Source of the DNA: Betaproteobacteria bacterium
GTDB taxonomy: Bacteria > Pseudomonadota > Gammaproteobacteria > Burkholderiales > SG8-39
Length of the DNA stretch: 64,000 bases
Reading direction: 5' to 3'
Assembly (NCBI GenBank): GCA_037443705.1
Contig: JBBINV010000011.1
Location: forward strand, 3,667-67,666
Part shown: positions 42,758 to 51,661 of the stretch, piece after piece
Numbering within the stretch: the stretch's first letter is position 1
Layout of the letters: each line of letters begins with the position of its first letter
Made by a program: the position numbers and the translations under genes
The notes under the pieces: model-generated
The model's database searches: none
Told to the model about the DNA's origin: nothing
Seen by the model: only the letters and a program-made list of their open reading frames with translations

Positions 42758-44038
42758 CTACTTCGCGCGCTTGTCGATCACGCGCTTGGCTTTCCCGATC
42801 GAGCGCTCGATCGTGCTGATCGGCACGAGCTTCACGTCGGTCGTCACCCCGATCAGCGACTTGATGTTGTGCTTCAGCCGTTCCGTCGAATTCGAATCGG
42901 CGGCTCCGGGCTGCAGCTCGACCAGCACGGTCAGGTGGTCCATCGGGCCGTCCTTGGTAAGCTCGAGCACGTAGTGCGGCGAAAGTTCGGGCTGCCTCAG
43001 GATCAGCTCCTCGATCTGCGACGGGAAGACGTTCACGCCGCGGATGATCATCATGTCGTCCGATCTCCCGGTGACCTTTTCCATGCGGCGCATGGTGCGC
43101 GCGGTGCCGGGAAGCAGGCGCGTGAGGTCGCGCGTGCGGTAACGGATGATCGGGAGCGCCTCCTTGGTGAGCGAGGTGAAGACGAGCTCGCCCATCTCGC
43201 CGTCGGGCAGCACGCGTCCGGTCTGCGGATCGATCACCTCGGGGTAGAAGTGGTCCTCCCAGACCGTGAGGCCGTCCTTCGTCTCGATGCACTCCTGTGC
43301 CACGCCCGGCCCGATCACCTCGGACAGCCCGTAGAGGTCGATCGCCTGCAGCGAGGTGCGGCTCTCGATCTTCGCGCGCAGTTCGTTCGTCCAGGGCTCG
43401 GCGCCGAAGATGCCGACGCGCAGCGACGCCTTCTTCGGATCGAGTCCCTGGCGCTCCATTTCGTCCGCGATCGCGAGCATGTAAGAGGGCGTCACCATGA
43501 TGATCTCGGGTTTGAAGTCCGTGATCAGCTGCACCTGACGCTCGGTCATGCCGCCGCCGAGCGGTATCACCGCGAGCCCGAGGCGCTCGGCGCCGTAGTG
43601 CGCGCCGAGCCCCCCGGTGAAGAGCCCGTAGCCGTAGGCGACGTGCACCTTGTCGCCGGGGCGCGCGCCGGCGGCGCGGATCGAGCGCGCCATCACGCCG
43701 GACCACGTGTCGATGTCCTTCGCGGTGTAGCCGACCACGGTGGGCTTTCCGGTGGTGCCGGAGGAGGCGTGGATGCGCACGATCCGGTCCATCGGCACCG
43801 CGAACATCCCGAAGGGATAGGTCTCGCGCAGGTCCGCCTTGGTGGTGAAAGGAAACTTCCCGAGGTCCTCGAGCGAGCGCAGGCTCTCGGGCTTCACTCC
43901 GGCGGCATCGAACTTCCTGCGGTAGTGAGGAACGTTCTCGTAGGCGTGCGCGAGCGTCCATTTCATGCGCTCGAGCTGCAGCGCGCGCAACTCGTCCCTC
44001 GATGCCTTCTCGATCGGCTCCAGCGCAAACGCCTTCAT
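42758..44038 (-). CDS. paaK: Phenylacetate-CoA ligase
   Basis: ATG 44038; [47 protein letters not shown]. Confidence 0.95.
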   Translation of the reverse strand: MKAFALEPIEKASRDELRALQLERMKWTLAHAYENVPHYRRKFDAAGVKPESLRSLEDLGKFPFTTKADLRETYPFGMFAVPMDRIVRIHASSGTTGKPTVVGYTAKDIDTWSGVMARSIRAAGARPGDKVHVAYGYGLFTGGLGAHYGAERLGLAVIPLGGGMTERQVQLITDFKPEIIMVTPSYMLAIADEMERQGLDPKKASLRVGIFGAEPWTNELRAKIESRTSLQAIDLYGLSEVIGPGVAQECIETKDGLTVWEDHFYPEVIDPQTGRVLPDGEMGELVFTSLTKEALPIIRYRTRDLTRLLPGTARTMRRMEKVTGRSDDMMIIRGVNVFPSQIEELILRQPELSPHYVLELTKDGPMDHLTVLVELQPGAADSNSTERLKHNIKSLIGVTTDVKLVPISTIERSIGKAKRVIDKRAK

Positions 44039-44478
44039 GCTCCCCCTCCGTGGGAATCCACCCAGTGTCCCTTGACCGTGGTCGACTTGCCGCGGAAAGC
44101 CGCCACCAGCGCGCCGTCCTGGTTTTCTACGCGCACGTCGTACACGCCCGCACGCCCTGCGCGCGCCTGCTCGAGCGCGACCGCGGTGAGCGTGTCGCCG
44201 ATTCGCGCCGGGGCGAGGTAATCGATCGTGCAACCGGCCGCGAACGCGAGCTGGTTGTGGCTGTTGCAGGCGAAGCCGAACGCGGAATCGGCGAGCGTGA
44301 AGATCATGCCGCCGTGGCAGGTGCCGGCGCCGTTCAGCATGTCGCGGCGCACGCGCATCGACAGCCGCGCGTACCCGGGCCGCACCTCCTCGAGCGTCAT
44401 GCCGAGCAGCTTCGAGACGCCGTCGCCGCGCCACATCGCGGCCGCGGCCGCCTCGGCCAGTTTCGCTCGCTCCATCAA
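44035..44478 (-). CDS. paaI: Hotdog-fold hydroxyphenylacetyl-CoA thioesterase
   Basis: MLNG.GTCHGG.IFTLAD.AF.FACNS. Confidence 0.92.
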   Translation of the reverse strand: MMERAKLAEAAAAAMWRGDGVSKLLGMTLEEVRPGYARLSMRVRRDMLNGAGTCHGGMIFTLADSAFGFACNSHNQLAFAAGCTIDYLAPARIGDTLTAVALEQARAGRAGVYDVRVENQDGALVAAFRGKSTTVKGHWVDSHGGGA

Positions 44479-44514
44479 AAAAGCTTACACCATCGGCGCT
44501 ACAATTCCTTCGCC

Positions 44515-45126
44515 ATGGTCAAGGTCTACGCGATCGACGGCGTCACGCCCGTCGTCCACCCGGGCGCGTACGTGCATCCTGCGGCGGTGCTGATCGGCGA
44601 CGTGATCGTGGGACCGCGCGTCTACGTCGGCCCCGCGGCGTGCCTGCGCGGCGATTTCGGGCGCATCGTCGTGGAGGAGGGCGCGAACATCCAGGACACC
44701 TGCGTGCTGCACGCCTTTCCCGATCGCGACCTCGTGGTGGAGGCCGACGCCCACATCGGCCACGGCGCAATCCTGCACGGCTGCGTCGTGAGAAAGGACG
44801 CTCTCGTGGGGATCAACGCGGTCGTGAACGACAACGCGGTGGTGGGCGAGCAGGCGATCGTCGCCGCGTGCGCGTTCGTGAAAGCCGGGTTCACCGTGCC
44901 GCCGCGCACGCTCGTGGCGGGAGTCCCGGCGAAGGTGGTGCGCGAGCTGTCGGAAGCCGAACTCGCCTGGAAGCGCGACGCCACGCGCGGCTACCAGGAG
45001 CTTGCCGTGAGAAGCCTTCGGACGATGAAGGAGACCGTCGCCCTCCAGGAGACAGAATCCCATCGGAAGCGCATCTCGGTCCCCGGGTCGATCCCGCTCT
45101 CCGATCTCAAGGTGAAGGCGAAATGA
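44515..45126 (+). CDS. paaY: Hexapeptide-repeat PaaY/CaiE-like protein
   Basis: ATG 44515; P.VHP.AYVHP.AVLIGDV, LRGDFG, NIQD.CVLH.FP, GHGA.LHGC. Confidence 0.9.
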   Translation: MVKVYAIDGVTPVVHPGAYVHPAAVLIGDVIVGPRVYVGPAACLRGDFGRIVVEEGANIQDTCVLHAFPDRDLVVEADAHIGHGAILHGCVVRKDALVGINAVVNDNAVVGEQAIVAACAFVKAGFTVPPRTLVAGVPAKVVRELSEAELAWKRDATRGYQELAVRSLRTMKETVALQETESHRKRISVPGSIPLSDLKVKAK

Positions 45127-45674
45127 GCGACACGGCGCTGCTCATCATCGACCTGCAGAACGACTACTTTCCCGGCGGCAAGATGGAGCTGGAAGGGGCC
45201 GAGGACGCGGCTGCAAGGGCCGGCGCGGCGATGAAGGCATTCAGGGCGAAAGGCTTGCCCGTCATTCACGTACGGCACCTCTCGGTGCGGCCCGGCGCGG
45301 CGTTCTTCGTTCCGGGCACCGAAGGCGCGAACATCCATTCGAGCGTTCGCCCCCGGGAGGGCGAATCCGTCGTCGAGAAGAATTTCCCGAACAGCTTCCG
45401 CGAGACGGGCCTGAAGGGCCTTCTCGAGAAGCAGGGTGTGCGCAACCTCGTGGTCGCGGGAATGATGACGCACATGTGCGTGGACGCGACCGTGCGCCAG
45501 GCCGCGGACTACGGGTTCAGGGTGACGCTGCTCGCCGATGCGTGCGCGACGCGCGCGCAGACGTACGGCGATGAAACGGTGCCGGCGCGCCAGGTGCACG
45601 TCGCGTTCCTCGCGGCGCTGAACGGGCTTTATGCGAAGGTGCTGGACACCGGAAAATTCCTGGAGGGAGCGTGA
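45123..45674 (+). CDS. Isochorismatase-family cysteine hydrolase
   Basis: ATG 45123; [25 protein letters not shown]. Confidence 0.9.
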   Translation: MSDTALLIIDLQNDYFPGGKMELEGAEDAAARAGAAMKAFRAKGLPVIHVRHLSVRPGAAFFVPGTEGANIHSSVRPREGESVVEKNFPNSFRETGLKGLLEKQGVRNLVVAGMMTHMCVDATVRQAADYGFRVTLLADACATRAQTYGDETVPARQVHVAFLAALNGLYAKVLDTGKFLEGA

Positions 45675-46447
45675 GCTACGAATTCATTCAGACCGAAGTC
45701 AAAGGCCGCGTGGCGGTGGTCACCCTGAACCGTCCCAGGCAGATGAACGCCCTCAACGCGAAGCTCATGCAGGAGCTCGCGCAGGCGCTCTACGGCTTCG
45801 ACGCCGACGACGGCATCGGCGCGATCGTGATCGGCGGGAACGAAAAGGCGTTCGCCGCGGGGGCCGACATCGGCGCGATGAAGGACTACGACTTCCTCGA
45901 AGTGTTCAGGTCCGACTACATCACGCGCGACTGGGAGCACCTGAAGAACATCCGCAAGCCCGTGATCGCCGCGGTTGCGGGCTTCGCGCTCGGCGGCGGC
46001 TGCGAGCTCGCGATGATGTGCGACCTCGTGATCGCGGCCGAGACCGCGAAGTTCGGCCAGCCCGAGATCAACCTCGGGATCTTCCCGGGCGCGGGGGGCA
46101 CGCAGCGCCTGCCGCGCGCGGTGGGAAAGGCAAAAGCGATGGATCTCTGCCTCACGGCGCGCATGATGGACGCCTCGGAGGCCGAGCGCGCGGGGCTGGT
46201 GTCGCGCGTCGTTCCCGCGGCGAAGCTGATGGAAGAGGCCATGGCGGTGGCCGAGAAAATCGCGTCGTATTCGCTTCCGGTCGCGATGATGGTGAAAGAG
46301 GCAGTCAACCGCGCCTACGAGACGACGCTCGCCGAGGGGATTCGTTACGAGCGGAGGCTGTTCCACGCCGCATTCGCGCTCGCCGACCAGAAGGAAGGCA
46401 TGGCCGCGTTCGTGGAGAAGCGCAAGCCGAACTTCAAGCATCGCTGA
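45671..46447 (+). CDS. Enoyl-CoA hydratase (PaaF-like)
   Basis: [39 protein letters not shown]. Confidence 0.92.
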   Translation: MSYEFIQTEVKGRVAVVTLNRPRQMNALNAKLMQELAQALYGFDADDGIGAIVIGGNEKAFAAGADIGAMKDYDFLEVFRSDYITRDWEHLKNIRKPVIAAVAGFALGGGCELAMMCDLVIAAETAKFGQPEINLGIFPGAGGTQRLPRAVGKAKAMDLCLTARMMDASEAERAGLVSRVVPAAKLMEEAMAVAEKIASYSLPVAMMVKEAVNRAYETTLAEGIRYERRLFHAAFALADQKEGMAAFVEKRKPNFKHR

Positions 46448-46450
46448 GCA

Positions 46451-46512
46451 AATGGGGTCAGACTCGACTTGTTCCGTCGCTCAGCTTCCGGAAAGTCGAG
46501 TCTGACCCCATT
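46451..46512. repeat. Long-arm palindromic element, subtype B
   Basis: Perfect 20-bp arms AATGGGGTCAGACTCGACTT (46451-46470) and AAGTCGAGTCTGACCCCATT (46493-46512) with a 22-nt loop. Confidence 0.9.
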
Positions 46513-47707
46513 CATTCTCCTCCTCGCCCACATCCTCTCGATGCTGGGCTTCGGGACCTTCCCGGCGCTGCTGCCGGAGCTGCGCGACGCCTGGCGCCTC
46601 TCGAACTCGGAAATGGGCCTCATCGGCAGCAGCTTCTTCGCCGGCTACATCGCGAGCGTCGCGTACTGGACCGCGCTCACCGATCGCGCCGACGGCCGGC
46701 GCGTGTATCTCACGGGAAGCGCGCTCGCCGCGGCCGGCGGCGCCGGATTCGGGGTCGCTGCCGAAGGTTTCGCGAGCGCCGCGCTGTTTCAGTTCGTGCT
46801 CGGCGTCGGTCTCGCGGCGACCTACATGCCGGGGCTGCGGCTGCTCTCGGACCGTGTGGGCGGCCCTCAGCAGAGCCGCTACATCGCCTTCTACACCTCG
46901 TTCTTCGGCATCGGCAACGCGGTGTCGCTGTTTCTTGCGGGCGCGATTGCGCCCGCCTGGGGCTGGCGCGCCGCGTTCGTGGTATCTGCCGTCGGGCCAT
47001 TCGTGGCGGGAGTTCTCGTGATTTCGGGATTGCAGGCCAGGGCGGCCCAAGCCGCTCCCACCCCTTTTTCGCTCGCGCTCCTTTTTCCCGTGCATGCCTG
47101 GCGCAAGGTGCTCGCGGTGCGTGCGGCCGCCGGCTACACGCTCGGCTACATGGTGCATTGCGTGGAGCTGTTCGGCTCGCGCGCGTGGATGGTGGCGTTC
47201 CTTTCGTTCTCGGCGGGGCTGCACGCGGGCGGCGCGACCTTTCCCTGGAACGCGGCCGCGATCGCCGCGGCGGTGAATGTCGCCGCAGTACCGGCCTCGA
47301 TCCTCGGAAACGAGGCCGCGCTCCGGATCGGGCGCAGGCCCTGGATCCTCCTGGTGATGCTCTCCTCGGGCGCGGGCGGCATCGCGCTCGCGCTCTCGGC
47401 GCCGCTGCACTGGGCGATCGTGCTCGCGATCCTCACCGGCTACTCGATGCTCGTGATGGCCGAATCGGCGACCCTCACGGCGGGCCTGGTCGCCGCCGCG
47501 CCGCAGGAGCTGCGCGGCGCCGCGATGGGCCTTTATTCACTCGCCGGCTTCGGCGGCGGCATGGTGGGCCCTGCGCTCTTCGGCGCGGCGCTCGATGCGG
47601 GCGGCGGCGCGGGGAGCCTTCCGGCCTGGGCCTGGGCCTACGGCGCGATCGGTGCCGGCTGTCTCGCCGCCCCCGTATTCGCCAGGGTCTTCGGCAGGGG
47701 ACGCTAG
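46469..47707 (+). CDS. MFS transporter; start uncertain because the N-terminus lies inside the palindrome
   Basis: About 12 hydrophobic helices; LTDRADGRR and LRIGRR loop motifs; the first ATG (46541) falls mid-TM1. Confidence 0.85.
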   Translation: MFRRSASGKSSLTPFILLLAHILSMLGFGTFPALLPELRDAWRLSNSEMGLIGSSFFAGYIASVAYWTALTDRADGRRVYLTGSALAAAGGAGFGVAAEGFASAALFQFVLGVGLAATYMPGLRLLSDRVGGPQQSRYIAFYTSFFGIGNAVSLFLAGAIAPAWGWRAAFVVSAVGPFVAGVLVISGLQARAAQAAPTPFSLALLFPVHAWRKVLAVRAAAGYTLGYMVHCVELFGSRAWMVAFLSFSAGLHAGGATFPWNAAAIAAAVNVAAVPASILGNEAALRIGRRPWILLVMLSSGAGGIALALSAPLHWAIVLAILTGYSMLVMAESATLTAGLVAAAPQELRGAAMGLYSLAGFGGGMVGPALFGAALDAGGGAGSLPAWAWAYGAIGAGCLAAPVFARVFGRGR

Positions 47708-47737
47708 AATTCAGTTCTTCCTCGGAGGGGAGGGGTC

Positions 47738-49405
47738 ATGGATCGAATCTGGCTGACGAGCTATCCCGAAGGCGTGCCGGCGGACATCCGCTACGACGCG
47801 TACAAGTCAGTAGGCGACCTGTTCGAAAAATCCGTCAGGCAGTACGCCGAGCGCCCGGCGTTCCATTGCATGGGAAAGACCATCAGCTTCGCGGAGCTCG
47901 ACCGCCTGTCGCGCGACTTCGGTGCGTGGCTGCAGTCGAAGGGCCTCGCGAAGGGCGCGCGAGTGGCGATCATGATGCCGAACGTCCTCCAATACCCGGT
48001 TGCGCTTTACGGCACCTTGCGCGCGGGTTGCACGGTGGTGAACGTCAATCCCCTCTACACCGCGCGCGAGCTCGAGCACCAGCTGAAGGACTCGGGCGCA
48101 GAAGCGATCGTGATTCTGGAGAACTTCGCGCACACGCTGGAGGAAGTGCGCGCGAGGACGCCGGTCAGGCACGTGGTGGTCACGGCGCTTGGCGACATGC
48201 TTGGCGCGAAGGGCCTGATCGTCAATTTCGTCGTCCGGAACGTGAAAAAGATGGTGCCCGCATTCGACCTGCCGGGCGCGCAGCGCTGGAACGCGGTGCT
48301 CGGCGAGGGCGCGTCGAAGACGCTCATGCCCATCGAGACCGGGCACGACGACATCGCGTTCCTCCAGTATACCGGGGGCACCACCGGCGTCTCGAAGGGC
48401 GCGATGCTGCTTCATCGCAACATCCTCGCCAACATCGAGCAGGCCGCGGCCTGGCTCATCCCGGGCCTGAAGGGCGAGACCGCGGTGATCGTCACCGCGC
48501 TGCCGCTCTATCACATCTTCTCGCTCACGGTGAACTGCCTCAACATGCTGAAGGTGGGCGGGCTGAACATCCTCATCACCAACCCGCGCGACATCCCGGC
48601 TTTCGTAAGAGAGCTCGGCAAGCACCCCTACAACATCATCACGGGGGTGAACACGCTGTTCAACGCGTTCCTGAACGATCCGGATTTCCCGAAGCTCGAT
48701 TTCTCGAGGGTTAAGCTCTGCATCGGCGGCGGCATGGCGGTGCAGAAGGCAGTGGCGGACAAGTGGAAGGAAGTGACGGGCCGCACGCTGCTCGAGGGCT
48801 ACGGCCTCACCGAGACGAGCCCCTGCGCCACCATGAACCCGCTCGATCTCGCCGCCTACAACGGGTCGATCGGCCTTCCGATGCCCTCTACCGAGATCGT
48901 GCTGCGCGACGACGCCGACAAGGACGTGCCCCTCGGCGGCACCGGCGAGATCTGCATTCGCGGGCCCCAGGTCATGAAAGGCTACTGGCAGCGGCCCGAC
49001 GAGTCCGCGAAGGTCATCGGCCCGGACGGTTTTCTCCACACCGGCGACATCGGCACGATGGACGAGAAAGGGTTCGTGCGCATCGTGGACCGGAAGAAAG
49101 ACATGATCCTCGTCTCGGGCTTCAACGTGTACCCGAACGAAGTCGAGCAGGTCGTCGCCATGCACCCGGGCGTGCTCGAAGTCGCCGCGATCGGCGTGCC
49201 CGACGAGCACTCGGGCGAGGTGGTGAAGGTGTTCGTGGTGAAGAAGGATCCCGCGCTCACCGAAAAGGACATCATCCAGCACTGCCACGACCAGCTCACC
49301 GGCTACAAGCGCCCCAAGTACGTGGAGTTCCGCGCCGAGCTGCCGAAGACCAACGTCGGCAAGATCCTCCGGCGCGCGCTGCGGGACGAGAAGAAGGCCG
49401 CTTAG
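47738..49405 (+). CDS. fadD: Long-chain fatty acid-CoA ligase
   Basis: SD GGAGG; [49 protein letters not shown]. Confidence 0.95.
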   Translation: MDRIWLTSYPEGVPADIRYDAYKSVGDLFEKSVRQYAERPAFHCMGKTISFAELDRLSRDFGAWLQSKGLAKGARVAIMMPNVLQYPVALYGTLRAGCTVVNVNPLYTARELEHQLKDSGAEAIVILENFAHTLEEVRARTPVRHVVVTALGDMLGAKGLIVNFVVRNVKKMVPAFDLPGAQRWNAVLGEGASKTLMPIETGHDDIAFLQYTGGTTGVSKGAMLLHRNILANIEQAAAWLIPGLKGETAVIVTALPLYHIFSLTVNCLNMLKVGGLNILITNPRDIPAFVRELGKHPYNIITGVNTLFNAFLNDPDFPKLDFSRVKLCIGGGMAVQKAVADKWKEVTGRTLLEGYGLTETSPCATMNPLDLAAYNGSIGLPMPSTEIVLRDDADKDVPLGGTGEICIRGPQVMKGYWQRPDESAKVIGPDGFLHTGDIGTMDEKGFVRIVDRKKDMILVSGFNVYPNEVEQVVAMHPGVLEVAAIGVPDEHSGEVVKVFVVKKDPALTEKDIIQHCHDQLTGYKRPKYVEFRAELPKTNVGKILRRALRDEKKAA

Positions 49406-49455
49406 TTTCGCGCGATTGACTGACCGCCCCGGCGCGGGCGTGTAAGCTCCGCGCC

Positions 49456-50373
49456 TTGGTTCCCCGCCACCATCTCGTTCCCGGGCTCGGCTGGATCGGC
49501 GTTTCGATCCTGTGCTGGGTGCCGCTTTTTCCGATCGCCAAGCGCGTGCTGCCGATCGTGGATGCGTTCGCGATGGGGACGGCACGCTATGTGATCGGCG
49601 GGCTGGTGTTCGTGCTGCTGCTGGGGGCTCTCGAGGGCTGGCAGGCGCTGCGCTACGACGGGCGGCTGGTCGCGGCGGTCGTGTTCGGGGTGATCGGGAT
49701 CACGGGGTTCAACGGGTTCGTGTGGTACGGGCTCACGTTCACGCGGCCGGAGCACGCGGCGATCATCATGGGGATGCAGACGCCGCTGATCGCGCTCGCG
49801 GTGTGGCTCACGCGCGGGGTGCGGCCGGCTCCGTTCACGCTCGCGTGCACGGTTGCCGCGTTCGTGGGCGTGATGCTCGTGGTGACCAAGGGCGACCCCG
49901 CGGGGGCGGTCGCGGGCGGCGCGCTCTGGGGCGACTTCCTGGTCTTTCTCGGCGCGCTCTCCTGGGTGACGTACACGCTCTCGGGCGCGCGCTTCGCGGG
50001 GTGGTCGCCGGTGCGTTTCACTGTGCTCACGGTGATTCCCGGGACGTTCGGGTTGTTTCTCTTGAACTTGACTGCAATACGCTACGGGATCGCGTCGGTG
50101 CCTACGCCCGAGGCGCTGTGGTCGGTGGGCTGGCAGATCCTCTATTTTGCGATCGGCACGGTGGTGCTCGGCGTGCTCGGGTTCAATTTCTCGGTGAAGT
50201 ACCTCGGGCCGCTCAACACGATGCTGATGCTGAACCTTGTGCCGGTGGGTGTCTTCGCGGTGGAAGCAGCGCTCGGCCGGAGCTTCGCCGCGATCGAGAT
50301 TCTCGGCGCCGCGCTCGTGATCGGCGCGCTGGTGGCGAACAATCTGTACCTCAGGAAGTCCGCGCCAGCGTAA
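49456..50373 (+). CDS. DMT/EamA-family transporter
   Basis: Two EamA repeats of hydrophobic helices; TTG start uncertain. Confidence 0.85.
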   Translation: MVPRHHLVPGLGWIGVSILCWVPLFPIAKRVLPIVDAFAMGTARYVIGGLVFVLLLGALEGWQALRYDGRLVAAVVFGVIGITGFNGFVWYGLTFTRPEHAAIIMGMQTPLIALAVWLTRGVRPAPFTLACTVAAFVGVMLVVTKGDPAGAVAGGALWGDFLVFLGALSWVTYTLSGARFAGWSPVRFTVLTVIPGTFGLFLLNLTAIRYGIASVPTPEALWSVGWQILYFAIGTVVLGVLGFNFSVKYLGPLNTMLMLNLVPVGVFAVEAALGRSFAAIEILGAALVIGALVANNLYLRKSAPA

Positions 50374-50432
50374 TCCGGATTGAACGGACGTATAATCCGG
50401 ATTGGACGGACCTTTAATCCGGATTGGACGGA
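50371..50432. repeat. Three direct repeats with a 22-bp period, consensus TAATCCGGATTGGACGGA, each containing the palindrome AATCCGGATT
   Basis: Units start at 50371, 50393 and 50415; unit 1 begins with the DMT stop codon TAA; unit 3 ends 2 nt before ATG 50434. Confidence 0.92.
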
Positions 50433-50433
50433 A

Positions 50434-51654
50434 ATGGCATCTCCTCGCCCGAGGCTCTACCCGCGCTTTGCCGCCGCACGCGTCGCGGCAGCGCTCAGGG
50501 ACACCCCGGTCGTGCTCGTGAATGGGCCGCGACAGAGCGGGAAGACGACGCTCGTGCGCGAGTTGATCGCCGGGCGGCGGGACTACGTCACCCTGGATGA
50601 CGCGACCGAGCTCGCCGCGGCGAACGCCGACCCGACGGGTTTCGTGCGCCGTTTCGACCGCGTCGCGATAGACGAGGTGCAGCGCGCGCCCGGGTTGCTG
50701 CGCGCGATCAAGAAGGCCGTCGATGACGACCGGCGGCCGGGGAGGTTCCTGCTCACCGGCTCGGCGAACCTGCTCTCCCTGCCCCGGGTGGCGGAAAGCC
50801 TCGCCGGCCGCATGGAGGTGGTGACGCTGCTTCCGCTTTCGCGATCGGAGCTCCGGCGCCGGCGGCCGAGCTTTCTCCGTGACGCCTTTTCGGGCCGGGT
50901 CGGTCCGGCACAGCTGCGGAAGCCGTTGGAGCTCGAGCGCGCGGTCGAAAGCGGCGGCTACCCCGCGTTGCTGGCGCGCACCACGGACGCACGCCGGCGC
51001 GCGTGGGCTCGCGAGTACCTCCGGTCGGTCGTTGAACGCGATGCCCGCGACGCCGCGGATATCGAGAAGCTCGACCAGCTCCCGCGCCTGCTTCGCGCAA
51101 TGGCGCATAACGCCGCGCAGCTCGCGAATTTCACCCGCCTGGGTGCGGCGATCGGATTGGACGACAAGACGACCCGGAAGTACGTGGGCGTTCTGGAGCG
51201 CCTGTACCTGGTGCAAAGGGTCGCGCCATGGTCGCGCAATCGGCTGAAACGGGTGGTCAAGGCGCCGAAGCTTCATTTCCTCGACTCGGGGCTGCTCGGC
51301 GCGATATCGCCCGTGTCGGGAGATCGTCCGGCGTTCGGGCGAGCGCTTGAGACGTTTGTCTTTTCGGAGCTTGCCAAGCAGGCGGCGATCCTGGAGTCGC
51401 CTCCCGCAATCCACTACTACCGCGACAAGGACCAGCTCGAGGTCGACTTCGTGCTCGAGGACGAGCGTGGCCGGGTCGTGGGCGTTGAAGTCAAGGCTGC
51501 GGCAAGTGTCGGGCTTTCCGATTTCCGCGGCCTGCGCAGGCTGTCGAAAGCCGTAGGGCGCGGCTTTGCCCTCGGCGTCGTTTTCTACGACGGCGGTTCG
51601 ACGGCGCCTTTCGGAGACCGGCTCTTCGCAGCGCCGATATCGACCCTGTTCTGA
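50434..51654 (+). CDS. AAA_14 ATPase with C-terminal DUF4143 (PD-(D/E)XK-like) domain
   Basis: ATG 50434; GPRQSGKTT, IDEVQR, LTGS, GGYP, K.HFLDSGLL, YYRDKDQLEVDFVLE, EVK. Confidence 0.88.
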   Translation: MASPRPRLYPRFAAARVAAALRDTPVVLVNGPRQSGKTTLVRELIAGRRDYVTLDDATELAAANADPTGFVRRFDRVAIDEVQRAPGLLRAIKKAVDDDRRPGRFLLTGSANLLSLPRVAESLAGRMEVVTLLPLSRSELRRRRPSFLRDAFSGRVGPAQLRKPLELERAVESGGYPALLARTTDARRRAWAREYLRSVVERDARDAADIEKLDQLPRLLRAMAHNAAQLANFTRLGAAIGLDDKTTRKYVGVLERLYLVQRVAPWSRNRLKRVVKAPKLHFLDSGLLGAISPVSGDRPAFGRALETFVFSELAKQAAILESPPAIHYYRDKDQLEVDFVLEDERGRVVGVEVKAAASVGLSDFRGLRRLSKAVGRGFALGVVFYDGGSTAPFGDRLFAAPISTLF

Positions 51655-51661
51655 CGAAGCA

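Noticed and set aside
49456-50373. Apparent G/T-rich codon usage in the second DMT gene as evidence of horizontal transfer
   Set aside because: Impression only, not computed; Gly/Val/Phe-rich membrane proteins give this bias anyway.
50371-50432. CRISPR array interpretation of the triple repeat
   Set aside because: Only 3 units with about 4 variable nt between 18-nt repeats; no spacers and no cas genes in the window.
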